In this document: positions 14,501-24,266 of the stretch, one piece after another
Position numbering within the stretch: position 1 is the stretch's first letter
How the letters are laid out: the number at the start of each line of letters is the position of its first letter
Virus record (IMG/VR): IMGVR_UViG_3300028388_002774
Span: 1 to 35,906 of that record
Source: a virus
Lineage: Duplodnaviria > Caudoviricetes
DNA length: 35,906 bases
Reading direction: 5' to 3' (one strand)
Notes under the pieces: generated by a model
What the model was told of the DNA's origin: nothing
What the model saw: the letters and a program-made list of their open reading frames with translations, nothing else
The model's database searches: none
Translations under genes and position numbers: made by a program

Positions 14501-14935
14501 TCAGATTTTGCATCGAACGTGGCCTATCTCCACGATATTCGAAATTGTTCCTGCAACAGTCAGAATAAGAGAGCCTATGATCGATGCGGCAACAAACTTT
14601 CCTCTTACCAATCCGGTCATGGAAGATGCTGAAATTGGTGTCTGACTGTCTATGCTGGCAGTGATTGTTCCGGCGTTCGATTCCACAAAAATTTCTACCG
14701 TATAGGTAGCGCCAGGAACAAGCCTGAGCGGACCAAAAGTAAGGACCGTAGAAGTCACTCCTATTATTATCTGAAGCGATCCATTGCTGACAGTAGGTGT
14801 TCCGCCGCCAGTAAGATCAAGACCACCGCCGTCATCAAATGGCTCAGATAAAATAATTCTTGGCCCAAGCCTAAGAACAGGCATCTTTATTGCCGAGCTG
14901 TTTTGTCTGATAACAGCTTTAGGTGTTGAACTCAT
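14501..14935 (-). CDS. hypothetical beta-rich protein (carbohydrate-binding-like)
   Basis: LVPGATYTVEI-type beta-sandwich pattern; lies in the tail-accessory region. Confidence 0.55.
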   Translation of the reverse strand: MSSTPKAVIRQNSSAIKMPVLRLGPRIILSEPFDDGGGLDLTGGGTPTVSNGSLQIIIGVTSTVLTFGPLRLVPGATYTVEIFVESNAGTITASIDSQTPISASSMTGLVRGKFVAASIIGSLILTVAGTISNIVEIGHVRCKI

Positions 14936-14942
14936 AATGGAA

Positions 14943-15242
14943 TTACCGACTCATCCAATAGATGCCATCACGCTCAGCCCACGCATTGATATTGGCATCG
15001 GTCGAGTCTGCCAGGCGCAGGCGAGCATCAAACCTGGGAGCTTCCAGTGTTATCATCAATGGCTCAGTTATTTCGCTGCCATTGACCTTAACCCAAGTGG
15101 TGCCATCCGGCGCAAGAGACTCAACCGTCACCGTTCCGCCGCCAAGATCGCCAGAGACCCAGATGTTTACGAGTTCATCGGCGCGCTGAACTCTGAATAT
15201 CTCGCTAACCCCATCTTCCGTTTGGCCATTAAATATTTGCAT
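14943..15242 (-). CDS. hypothetical beta-rich virion-associated protein
   Basis: GAGG RBS; VSGDLGGGTVTVESLAPDGTTWV. Confidence 0.65.
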   Translation of the reverse strand: MQIFNGQTEDGVSEIFRVQRADELVNIWVSGDLGGGTVTVESLAPDGTTWVKVNGSEITEPLMITLEAPRFDARLRLADSTDANINAWAERDGIYWMSR

Positions 15243-15268
15243 CTCTACACCCTCAGCTTTAGTACGAT

Positions 15269-15358
15269 TTATTTATTGATAACTGTAACCAACGAACACA
15301 ATGTCACCGCAACCATCGACCACAACATCGTTACCCAAGCGATAATTTTCTCAAGCAT
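15269..15358 (-). CDS. 29-aa single-TM peptide, not in the ORF track
   Basis: AAGGA RBS; MLEKIIAWVTMLWSMVAVTLCSLVTVINK fills the intergenic gap. Confidence 0.45.
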   Translation of the reverse strand: MLEKIIAWVTMLWSMVAVTLCSLVTVINK

Positions 15359-15368
15359 ATCCGTGTCC

Positions 15369-16319
15369 TTAAAACAGAGAACTCGCGTCATATACTAAAA
15401 CCCGATTTAACTCCGGGTCACCGGAGTGAAATTCCGCGTCATTGCAAATATAAATTTTCCCGTTGTGGTAGACGACTCCTTCTATCGCATCCGAACCTGT
15501 CAGCGTAAATTCTCGCTCCCTGATCGGGGTCTGGCCGCTAGAGTCAATCTGAACAACAACCCCATCTGATCCGTTATCACCAAAAGTCAGGAGTGACTTA
15601 CCGCCGCCAAGATTAAAAATATGGTCGGGGTTTGAATAGTACGCTACGGACTTCTGCCCATAAAATAGGGACCCATCAGATAAATTCCAGCGAGATATAT
15701 TCCCAAGATCAGTTAGCAAAATAAACTGCCCAATGTCGGGGTAAACCGCAATACCGTTAGCTTCACCATCGATAGTATACGATGCTGTCACCATTTCCGT
15801 GTCTAGTGACATTGAAAAAATGATATGCCCGGCATCGCCCGCGCCTGCGGTGTTTTTAGCCACAACCCACACTGATCGAGCAGAGTTATCTACCGCGACA
15901 CCCTGAACTGAGAACTCGTCACCGCCAATGTTTAAATCTGCCAGGGTGTATCTAGCCTGTTCAACCCACGAATCATTATAGTAAATAACGCCGGCGTCGT
16001 GCGTCGGGTCAGACTCACTGTCGCGGCCATCGTCGCCAACCAGCCAACCGCCGTCCGGATGCCTGGCTAATCCAGTACACACTGGCGTACGTGCACCGCC
16101 ACTAATAACGGGAAGCGTGACAGCGCTTTCCATTGCCAGAGTGAACTCAGGTAGGTACGGAGCGACTAGCGTAAGTTCATCACCAGAAATTGACGGGAGT
16201 AATGGCGTATTCGGATCGGTCATAGAGCTAATGGCTGACGTATACTCACTTTCTGTAATCTCAATGAATTCATCGCCACCAACAGTACTTACCACTCCAT
16301 AAGTCGCAAAAAATGGCAT
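15369..16319 (-). CDS. tail-fibre-associated protein: assembly-chaperone-like N-terminus plus beta-propeller
   Basis: IEITESEY..AI N-terminal motif; repeated blades CTGLA, VQGVAVD, ANGIAV and IEGVVY..GKIYICND; TAATG coupling to the fibre gene. Confidence 0.6.
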   Translation of the reverse strand: MPFFATYGVVSTVGGDEFIEITESEYTSAISSMTDPNTPLLPSISGDELTLVAPYLPEFTLAMESAVTLPVISGGARTPVCTGLARHPDGGWLVGDDGRDSESDPTHDAGVIYYNDSWVEQARYTLADLNIGGDEFSVQGVAVDNSARSVWVVAKNTAGAGDAGHIIFSMSLDTEMVTASYTIDGEANGIAVYPDIGQFILLTDLGNISRWNLSDGSLFYGQKSVAYYSNPDHIFNLGGGKSLLTFGDNGSDGVVVQIDSSGQTPIREREFTLTGSDAIEGVVYHNGKIYICNDAEFHSGDPELNRVLVYDASSLF

Positions 16320-17848
16320 TATTTTATCCTCACGTAATAGGTCGCGGATATATCCTTATCGTTATTCTCTAAACCTTGGCGCGGGACCCCATTTGACCCG
16401 TCGTCCATGGCTTTTAACATTTTAGTGTCGCCCTGCTCGACTGTTCTGAATTGAGCTAAACCATACCCGGAATCGGCTGAACCGTTTGCTCTTGAATCCC
16501 TGGTCCCCATTACGCCCCAGTAGTCTCTATCGCCCGTCGCGTCTTCTTCGGCACCAAGCTGCCATCCTTGGGATTGATCTTGCCGAACAACGCCCGAGGT
16601 AGCTCCTGCAACTAGTTTTCTGCCCTCGGTATTCATTAAGCGCAAAGTACCCTGCAAGGTGCTACCGGGTAGCGTTATCACAGCGGTGGCTTGAACGTTT
16701 GGGTAGCTTCCACTTACCGACTCACTGCCTATAAGGCCTTCGTTGTACTGGCCTGCACCTGTTAACCCGGCGGTCAACTTGACGAACTTTGCGTCACCAT
16801 CGTTTGATGGTATATCCGCCCCTGTTAGATGGTCCCATACAGGAAAAGGCTTTCCGATTGGCTCGTTAGAATAAGGCTGACCCAACACAACCCGTTCGTC
16901 CAGCGCATCACTCAATGTCTGGGTGCCGGTGGAGCTACTAACCCCAACCGACGGCTTAACAACCCCTAGAAGAGCACGTAAATCCTCAACACTGGTTATG
17001 TTATCTGCGTCAGCAACAACCTTGGCTAGCCGGATATTTCCCGCCGAAACTGATGGTGAAGGGTCATCGGTCGGAACCTCGGAAAAGCTGAACGTGCCGT
17101 CACTGGCCAAATCAACATAGGTGTCAACGCTTGCTGAGTAGGTGTGAGGAGTGACACTGGCTTTGGTTACGCGGACTCCAGAAACATAAGCGCCACCGGC
17201 GCTGATGTTACTGGTCAGGTCCACCGACGTGGCCGGAAGCAGACCTGATACCACGAAGTCTTCAAAAAGATCGGCGTATTGAACGCCTCCGAATTCTTCA
17301 AGATAGCCTTTCGCTTCCTCGGCGTAGGCTTGAGCTTGTGAGATTTCATCTGCAGTCGGACCAGGAATAAAACGATCACCACCAGAATTGGTCATGATGG
17401 TTATGTTTGACTGACCGGAAATCGAGGACGGCAGAGTGGTATCAAAGTCCGTGACGGTCTCGGGGAAACTCAGGATATTTCCACTTAAACGGTTGTACAG
17501 ACGAGAAACCAACCGGGTCAGTTTATCGAAGGCGCGCTCATGCAAGCTGGCAGAGAAGTTACCCTGGTTTCCGAATGGGGTTTCCTGGCTGACCTGAACG
17601 TTATCAATCAGCGTAATAAACGGATAATCCGTCAGGTCGGCGCTGACGGCAATCGAGCCGCCATCGGGATCTCCGACGCCACTGACCGTATAATCAGTGT
17701 TTAGCGTCAGATTATAATCAACGCCATCATCGTCGGTTACTGTGACCAGCAGTTCGCTTTCCAGCAGGATCACGAAGGGATAATCGAAGACAGTGCTTCC
17801 GCTCGTTGAGTATCGTGCTGATGACTGTTCGCCGGCAGGAATGGTCAT
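16319..17848 (-). CDS. tail fibre protein
   Basis: T7 gp17-like N-terminal anchor (TVFDYPF...ELLV...LTLNTDYTVSGVG...HERAFDKLT); C-terminal PIGKPFPVWDHL collar-like region. Confidence 0.85.
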   Translation of the reverse strand: MTIPAGEQSSARYSTSGSTVFDYPFVILLESELLVTVTDDDGVDYNLTLNTDYTVSGVGDPDGGSIAVSADLTDYPFITLIDNVQVSQETPFGNQGNFSASLHERAFDKLTRLVSRLYNRLSGNILSFPETVTDFDTTLPSSISGQSNITIMTNSGGDRFIPGPTADEISQAQAYAEEAKGYLEEFGGVQYADLFEDFVVSGLLPATSVDLTSNISAGGAYVSGVRVTKASVTPHTYSASVDTYVDLASDGTFSFSEVPTDDPSPSVSAGNIRLAKVVADADNITSVEDLRALLGVVKPSVGVSSSTGTQTLSDALDERVVLGQPYSNEPIGKPFPVWDHLTGADIPSNDGDAKFVKLTAGLTGAGQYNEGLIGSESVSGSYPNVQATAVITLPGSTLQGTLRLMNTEGRKLVAGATSGVVRQDQSQGWQLGAEEDATGDRDYWGVMGTRDSRANGSADSGYGLAQFRTVEQGDTKMLKAMDDGSNGVPRQGLENNDKDISATYYVRIK

Positions 17849-17860
17849 TATTAAATCCCT

Positions 17861-20800
17861 CTATCGCTCTGGGCCAAAAATGGCCTGTTTTGCTATTTTA
17901 CCAGCGCTATCGCCTTCTTCGATACCCTTCCAGGTGCCAAATACTGTGCGATTAAACTGAGTTGACGGAAGGCCAGTGGCTAGACCAATAACTTCAATAA
18001 CTGATTTCAATGCGGTTTTATCCGCCTCGCCCTGCTGCATCTGCTTGACCATCTGCCCGACCTTACTGATCAGGGCTGTACCCTGCGGCCCGGAGTAGTC
18101 GAAGCCACTCACGGCGCCGCTGAACTGGGCTGACAGCGGGTTCATCGACAACAGGAATGACAGCTGCTCACGGATCGCTCGATCCCATAATGGCTGCTCG
18201 TCGTCGTCACCAGCAACAAAGTCACCCAGCAGCGCAGTCATGATTGCCGGCAACGACAGCGCCACCATGGTATTGATTGCGTGATCGACGACTGTGATCC
18301 GGCCCAGTTTCATCTCGCCTTTGCTTTGCTGGTACAGCGAGTTGGTAGTCATCATGTACGTGAGGAAGTTGGTAAACAGGCGCTGCCAGGCGCCGCCACG
18401 CATTGACTCAGCGGTATCGACCACCGAGCCACCGCCCTGGGCATCTCGAACAGCCTGATCGGCCAGGTTTATGGCCATATCCTCGGCAACGCCTTTCTCA
18501 ATCTGGTAGTCATAGGTCGACAGCCAAAGCGGAGCATCGACGGTATAGAACTGCATTTTCTGGATCGGCACCATGGACAGCTCGGTCAGCTTGGTCAAGC
18601 CGCCCCGGCGTCGGATCTTCTGGGTAATCCGGTTGATCGCAACGCTCATGACTTTTTCACGCTGCTGCATGTACTTCGATTTTTCTTTGATCTTGTCGGT
18701 GTACTCAACCGGCGACATTGAGAATTTACCGTAACCGGTCAACAGCCGGCGAGTACCCATGCCATTGAGGCGCGCGCGAACGAGGCTGTTTGTGATACCG
18801 AAAGGCTGCAGAATCACGGTTCTGATCGAGAAACCAAGCATAGCCAGGGTGGCATTGTTCCGCGCCCACTGAACCTGGCGGTCCATGATTGAGCGCACCG
18901 GGTCGGCACCCTCTTTGATCTCGCGCACCATATTCACCAGCGACTTGTAAATGTGATCGCCGAAATTATCCTGGATACCGGCCTTGATCCGGCTATCGCT
19001 CAGAATGCGGCCGACGTCGTAAAGCGCGCGGTCGTGGGTTGTTGAATGGATAACATCGGTTAAATGACCAAACACAACCTGAGTAACATCCGTCTTGATC
19101 GCCCGGTTCACTTTGGTCATGCGCTGCTTGTTTGATCCAAGGTTTCGGCGGGCGCCCAGGGACTGAACGACCGCCTCAGAATCCTTGCGCAGCTGATTCT
19201 GCTCAGCCTTCACTGATTCGATGGGATCGTATTGAATCGGGAAATAGCCGCCGGTTACTTTGCCGTACTTCGTCATGAATGGCTCAGGCTCAACCTGGTC
19301 CGGCGTAAAGCCAAACATATCGCGGTGCAGGTCAAAGGCTGGCTTGCGATAGGTGTCCAGGTACGCCCACATCGCTTCAGCGAAGTCGACATCCTTCTGT
19401 TCGATGTGGCTGTCAAACAGGCTCATCACTTCCGCTTCGGTAACATTGAAGCCATCCAGAACACGCTGGCGATTCTGTTTATTACCCCAGTTCAGGAAGA
19501 TCGAGATGACGCCCTGCTTGGTGATCCGGCGACCGCCAGGGTACTGCCCGGGCAGATACTCATCCCACTGGGCCAGCTCTTTTTTCGAGTAGGCTGAAAA
19601 AATCTCTTCGAGATCGCGGTTGGCTTTGTCAAGCATCAGCGTTTCTTCAGCGGCCGCATCCTGAAGTGGCTGGCCGATCAGCTTCCAGGCGTCGCCGCCA
19701 TCTTCATACCCATCAAGCATGCGGATCAGTGAGCTTGGCGTCCGGCTCATGTCCAGCATCTCTTTGACTTTGGCTTTGGTGCGCTCACCCTTCGGCACAT
19801 TGCTGCCGATGGTTTTGACTTTCGGGTTGTTGGCGTTCTTTTCAAAAGCGCTTTCAAGCGCATCGACCCACTCATCCAGCTGGCGCTGATCCTTCTGCGT
19901 CAGCAGATGGTTTTTCAGCTGAGCCAGATGGTAGACCGACTGCAGCATATCGTTGACTTCAGCAATCTGCTCAGGCGTCAAATCGCGGTAATTCACGCGG
20001 CGAGTGGTGGCCATCATCTCTTCGGTGACGCCAAATTTCGGGCTTAGACGCTGCTCATCGTCTGAGATCGATTCCTCGCGCGCTGCCTTCTCGGCTTCGG
20101 TCATACCTTCGCCGCTGTGCTTGGGATCGCCGGCGCCGGCCTGGTCCATCTGGGCGTTGATCCAGTCGGTCATGGACTGGCGGCGATCCAGTTCAGCATT
20201 GGTTACCTGGCGGATCTCCAGCCAACCAAGAATCGAGTTGACTTGCTCCAGGTACGAATCGCCGGCGCGCTGCAGCGTCTTCAGTCGATTGCCTCTCATC
20301 AGGCCCCGGCCAAACTTATAAAACTTCCCGGCCGCATCCGTTGCCTGGCGCGCCTCACGGTACAGGTAATGCTGGCGCAGTGCTCGATCCTGCTGGATGG
20401 CTGATTCCTTCAGGTCGCCTTTCTCAGCGGCACGGATGGCGGCGGTACGCGCGGTACGCTCTTGACGCTCATAAACATGCGGTTTGATGTTTTTCAGCGG
20501 CATGGCAGCAATGGCCTGGCGCGCTGACTCGCGATAGATGGTGCGCTTGACCGTGCGTCGACCGATCTTCGCGTTCACATACTCCAGTTCTTTATGCAGC
20601 AAATCAGACTGCTTGCCGTTGTGAATCGCCTTCTCTGCCAGCTGGGCCAGGCTGCCATCGGTCATGCTGTCACCATGACGCTGGCGCATCCGAGTTTCAG
20701 CCTCGGCCTTGATGTACGCCTCTCGGTCGGCCTTGTTACGGCTGTTCATCAGATCTTCGACCAGCGTCATACCGTCCTGATAGCCGAACATTTGGGCCAG

Positions 20801-20978
20801 CATATTCGGGTGCATGCCGTCTTCCGCTGTCATGCGGCTGAAAGCCCTGGCGTAGCTCTTAAAATTCTGCTGGATGAAGGCGCTTTGCATCTTCAGGCCA
20901 GGGTAATCTTCGAGTGGACGGTCGCCGGTAAGTGCATCGCGAAGACGGTAAACGCGGGAGGCGTCGACCTCAGCACGA
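17861..20978 (-). CDS. large internal virion/DNA-ejection protein, C-terminal part (no credible start of its own; continues the upstream ORF after a +1 frame change)
   Basis: >1000-aa helical ORF in the T7 gp16-equivalent position; GGYFPIQYDP; the nominal N-terminal residues look like off-frame read-through. Confidence 0.75.
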
Positions 20979-23900
20979 AAGCTCTTCCATGACCTGCGAG
21001 GTGGCCTGGCGCATCGTCTCTTCTTCGGCCTCAGCCAACATGCGCTCATACTCCAGCGCCTCTTCCATGGTCAGGCCCAGCGCCTGGGAGAAACGCGGAC
21101 CCATGCCGGCTTCGGCCCGGGCGATCTCGATCTCATCTTTGGTAGCCAGCATCCGATCCATGACGTCGCGCACTTCATCAGACAACTCGACGCCGGCCAG
21201 GTTGTTGGCGCGGAAAGGTCCGGTGATCGCGCGATAGATCTCGGTCAGCCAGATACGGAACCGGTTAAAGATCGGCTGCAGCTCAGGTGTCGGCGCCTTG
21301 CCTTCCATCGAATACGTCTCGAACCCGGAAGCAAACATCTCATGGACGTCGGTGTCGTTCTGGGCGCCCTGGCTCTGCGCCCAGCGCTCAATGGTGTCCA
21401 GTTCATCACGGATCTGAGGTGACTGGTCGGCGTATGAGCGCATCACTTCGAGGAAAAAGTGAGACGATTCGTGCACGAATGTGGAGTAATTAGCACGTTT
21501 CGTGAACGTGATGCGGTTATTCGTGCGGTTGAAGTAGCCGCGCACGATGTTTTCGTCGGTGTCGCCTTGCTCTAAGATGTTCGGAGATTCCGGGTCAAAG
21601 GTGCCACGGTTTCCGATGGCACTTTTTATCTGATCTGGAGAAAATACAGCCCACTGATCTGATGGTGTCATTCCTTGAGACTCAACCACTCCAATTATTT
21701 TCAAGCTGTCATATCCGCCAGCTTTAGCAGCATCCACAGCAGCTATCATTTCCTCTTGCAGGAAATAACCCTGATCGTCGATGACGCTTGAAAAATCTAT
21801 CTCCATTGGGTTTTTAGCGGCAATATAAACAGGCATTACACGCGAATTATCTTCAGTGGCAGCAAAGAGGTTTGCAACATCAGGATCTTCAGCAAAATAA
21901 GCGGCGTCAGCTGTTATTCCGTCCATGTCAAAAACATCAAAATCCTCTCCTGTTCCGTGATACACAACCAGCGGATCACCATTCTCATCGACCACCTTGC
22001 TGTCACCAAACCATTCTTTAAATGCCTCAGTCTCCGTGACCGGAACATCTTCTTGAGTAAGAACATCATCTGGGTTTGCATTGGGAATACTCAGCGCTTC
22101 ACGGATCTGGTCGTTACTCATCTCGGCGAGATCAAGGCCGGATTGATCAAGAAGCTGCTGGAGCTGATCCATATCCATGCGAGTATTCAGAAGATCCTGG
22201 TTCTCCATACCTGAGCGATATGCTGGGTTTCCGGCCAGATCCGCATCGATCAGCGCCAGCAAGTCATCGATGTTTCGTTCCTGAAGATAACCTTCCTCGA
22301 CGGCGCGCTCTGCCAGCTCATCCAAGGTTTTTCCGGTGTTCTGGCGAATCAGGTTATCGGCATCGCGCGCAGCAAGTTCACCGCCGTCATCGATGGCACC
22401 GCCTTCCTTACGAATGAACTGGGTGATCGAGTCCCCGAATATTTCCTGATCAGTTGGCACCTGGCCTTCGCGTAGCATGTCCAGAGTCGCATCCATTCGA
22501 TCCAGGCGACGAGCTTGCGCGCGCAATTCTGGATCTACTTCATATCCCATGCTTGGCGCAGCGCGGCGGAATATCTCAATAGGCGACTCAGAAACGCCGC
22601 CCTTTCGGCTCATGGTTCTGAAAAATGCCTCCCAGTAGAGCGCATCCATTTCGGCCTGGTCCTGGTCGACACCCATCGCCAGGCGCATACCCAGAACCTC
22701 ATCGAATACCTCGCGGCTCTCAGACTGCTCCTGCTCTATCATGCCGCGCAGAACTTCGATCTCTGACTGGACATCGGCATCAGCCTGTTGCGCCGGTGAC
22801 AGCGCATCGATGTCGGATGTCATATATTGCTGGGCAGCGCGCGCGGCGCCGTTCTGAACAAGCTCAGGGAGATCTGCCAGCGGGATCTTGATCTTGCTGC
22901 CGTTTCGCTTGGCATCATCAACCTGATCAAGGATGGATCGCATAGCCGGCGTATCGAGAGCGGCCGGATCATTTACGCTCTGAAATAGAACGTCAGCGCC
23001 TTCTGGGTCGACATAAAGCGTGTCGCTGCCAGTTTCATCACCCAGAGCTTCCAGGTATTGGCGCGCCAGATCCCGATTGCGGCCGGCCAGGCGAGAGATC
23101 TCGATGGCCGACATGGTTTCATTGATCTTCGCCGCATCACCCTCAGACGCCAGGCGGCGACGGCCAGCACCAGTGGCGATGATGATCCCACGCAGGATAC
23201 CACCGGCAATACCGCCAAGCTGGGCGTTTGGTGCGACGTCCTGGAAGATCTCGGCGTCAGGGTTGTAATAGGCGTACTCGATCAGGTTCTGGCCAGCAGC
23301 CTCGACGCCCTCCATAAAACCTTCAACACCGGCAGTGCTGGTAATATCGATGATCTTGCGAGCCATGCGATGCTTTACTGCTTGCGGAACCTTGTCGATG
23401 ATTCGTTCGATACCCAGCCGCTCAACAACCATTTGGAACGCGGCACCGCTAAGGATTGCCGCATCGGTATTATTATTTTCACCAAAAACATCAAGGTCGC
23501 GCTGGCGCTCCGCCTGCTCATCGGCGCCCATGCCGAACAGCAATGTGCCTCCGGTTGTCGGGCTTAGCGCAGTAACCAGAGCAAGGGAGGCTGTACCACT
23601 AACGGCGCCAGCAATGTCGGCCACATAGCTTTCTTGATCAGGATCAATATCAAATACCTCATTATATTCGTTGATCAACGTTGAGGCCGCCCCGGCCTGA
23701 TAGAAAGGGTTAGTGGCAGTTGCCAGCGTCCGCCAGCCAGGGCTGAGATCCGAGACGTCTGAATAAATAATATCGTCAGCCGATTCTGGCAGCACCGCAT
23801 CAGCACCACGCAGCACCATGCGGGTTAAAGCGTTAGCACTCTCGTTCACCCCGGACAGGCCAGCGGCAAGGTATTGGCCAGGCGCACCCAGAATCGCCTT

Positions 23901-24266
23901 GCCGACGCCGACCGACTTCCTCCAAGCGTTTTCAATAGCGCTAAGGTTCTCGATATCGTCGTTCGCCTGCTTTGCGTTTTCTGGATCCGATAGGAACTCA
24001 GCGGCAGTCGGCGACTCATTCAGCAAACGCAGAACGTCAACACCCTCGAACGTGACCGCCTCGCGCGCCTTGTCCGGGTTGCGCTGCACATAGCCGCGCG
24101 GCAGCCCGGACTGCTCAGACAACTTAACCTGCTCGGCCTCTTGGTCTGGGTTGGCGCCCATGGAAATGGAGAGACTGTTTCTTAGCCGGCGCTCACGTTC
24201 ACTGGATGCCCCGGTCAATCCGCCGCTGCGAAAATACTCTTCTGCTACCGCTGAAAACTCATTCAT
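20970..24266 (-). CDS. large internal virion/DNA-ejection polyvalent protein, N-terminal part, with ART-PolyVal-like and HExxH domains
   Basis: Gly/Ala-rich hydrophobic segments; FKEWFGDSKVVDENG.PLVVYHGT...QIKSAIGNRGTFD domain; STFVHESSHFF. Confidence 0.8.
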   Translation of the reverse strand: MNEFSAVAEEYFRSGGLTGASSERERRLRNSLSISMGANPDQEAEQVKLSEQSGLPRGYVQRNPDKAREAVTFEGVDVLRLLNESPTAAEFLSDPENAKQANDDIENLSAIENAWRKSVGVGKAILGAPGQYLAAGLSGVNESANALTRMVLRGADAVLPESADDIIYSDVSDLSPGWRTLATATNPFYQAGAASTLINEYNEVFDIDPDQESYVADIAGAVSGTASLALVTALSPTTGGTLLFGMGADEQAERQRDLDVFGENNNTDAAILSGAAFQMVVERLGIERIIDKVPQAVKHRMARKIIDITSTAGVEGFMEGVEAAGQNLIEYAYYNPDAEIFQDVAPNAQLGGIAGGILRGIIIATGAGRRRLASEGDAAKINETMSAIEISRLAGRNRDLARQYLEALGDETGSDTLYVDPEGADVLFQSVNDPAALDTPAMRSILDQVDDAKRNGSKIKIPLADLPELVQNGAARAAQQYMTSDIDALSPAQQADADVQSEIEVLRGMIEQEQSESREVFDEVLGMRLAMGVDQDQAEMDALYWEAFFRTMSRKGGVSESPIEIFRRAAPSMGYEVDPELRAQARRLDRMDATLDMLREGQVPTDQEIFGDSITQFIRKEGGAIDDGGELAARDADNLIRQNTGKTLDELAERAVEEGYLQERNIDDLLALIDADLAGNPAYRSGMENQDLLNTRMDMDQLQQLLDQSGLDLAEMSNDQIREALSIPNANPDDVLTQEDVPVTETEAFKEWFGDSKVVDENGDPLVVYHGTGEDFDVFDMDGITADAAYFAEDPDVANLFAATEDNSRVMPVYIAAKNPMEIDFSSVIDDQGYFLQEEMIAAVDAAKAGGYDSLKIIGVVESQGMTPSDQWAVFSPDQIKSAIGNRGTFDPESPNILEQGDTDENIVRGYFNRTNNRITFTKRANYSTFVHESSHFFLEVMRSYADQSPQIRDELDTIERWAQSQGAQNDTDVHEMFASGFETYSMEGKAPTPELQPIFNRFRIWLTEIYRAITGPFRANNLAGVELSDEVRDVMDRMLATKDEIEIARAEAGMGPRFSQALGLTMEEALEYERMLAEAEEETMRQATSQVMEELSC

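Noticed and set aside
16319-17848. Diversity-generating retroelement, expected by analogy with BPP-1
   Set aside because: No reverse transcriptase ORF, and I saw no second copy of the fibre 3' end (TR/VR pair) in the window.
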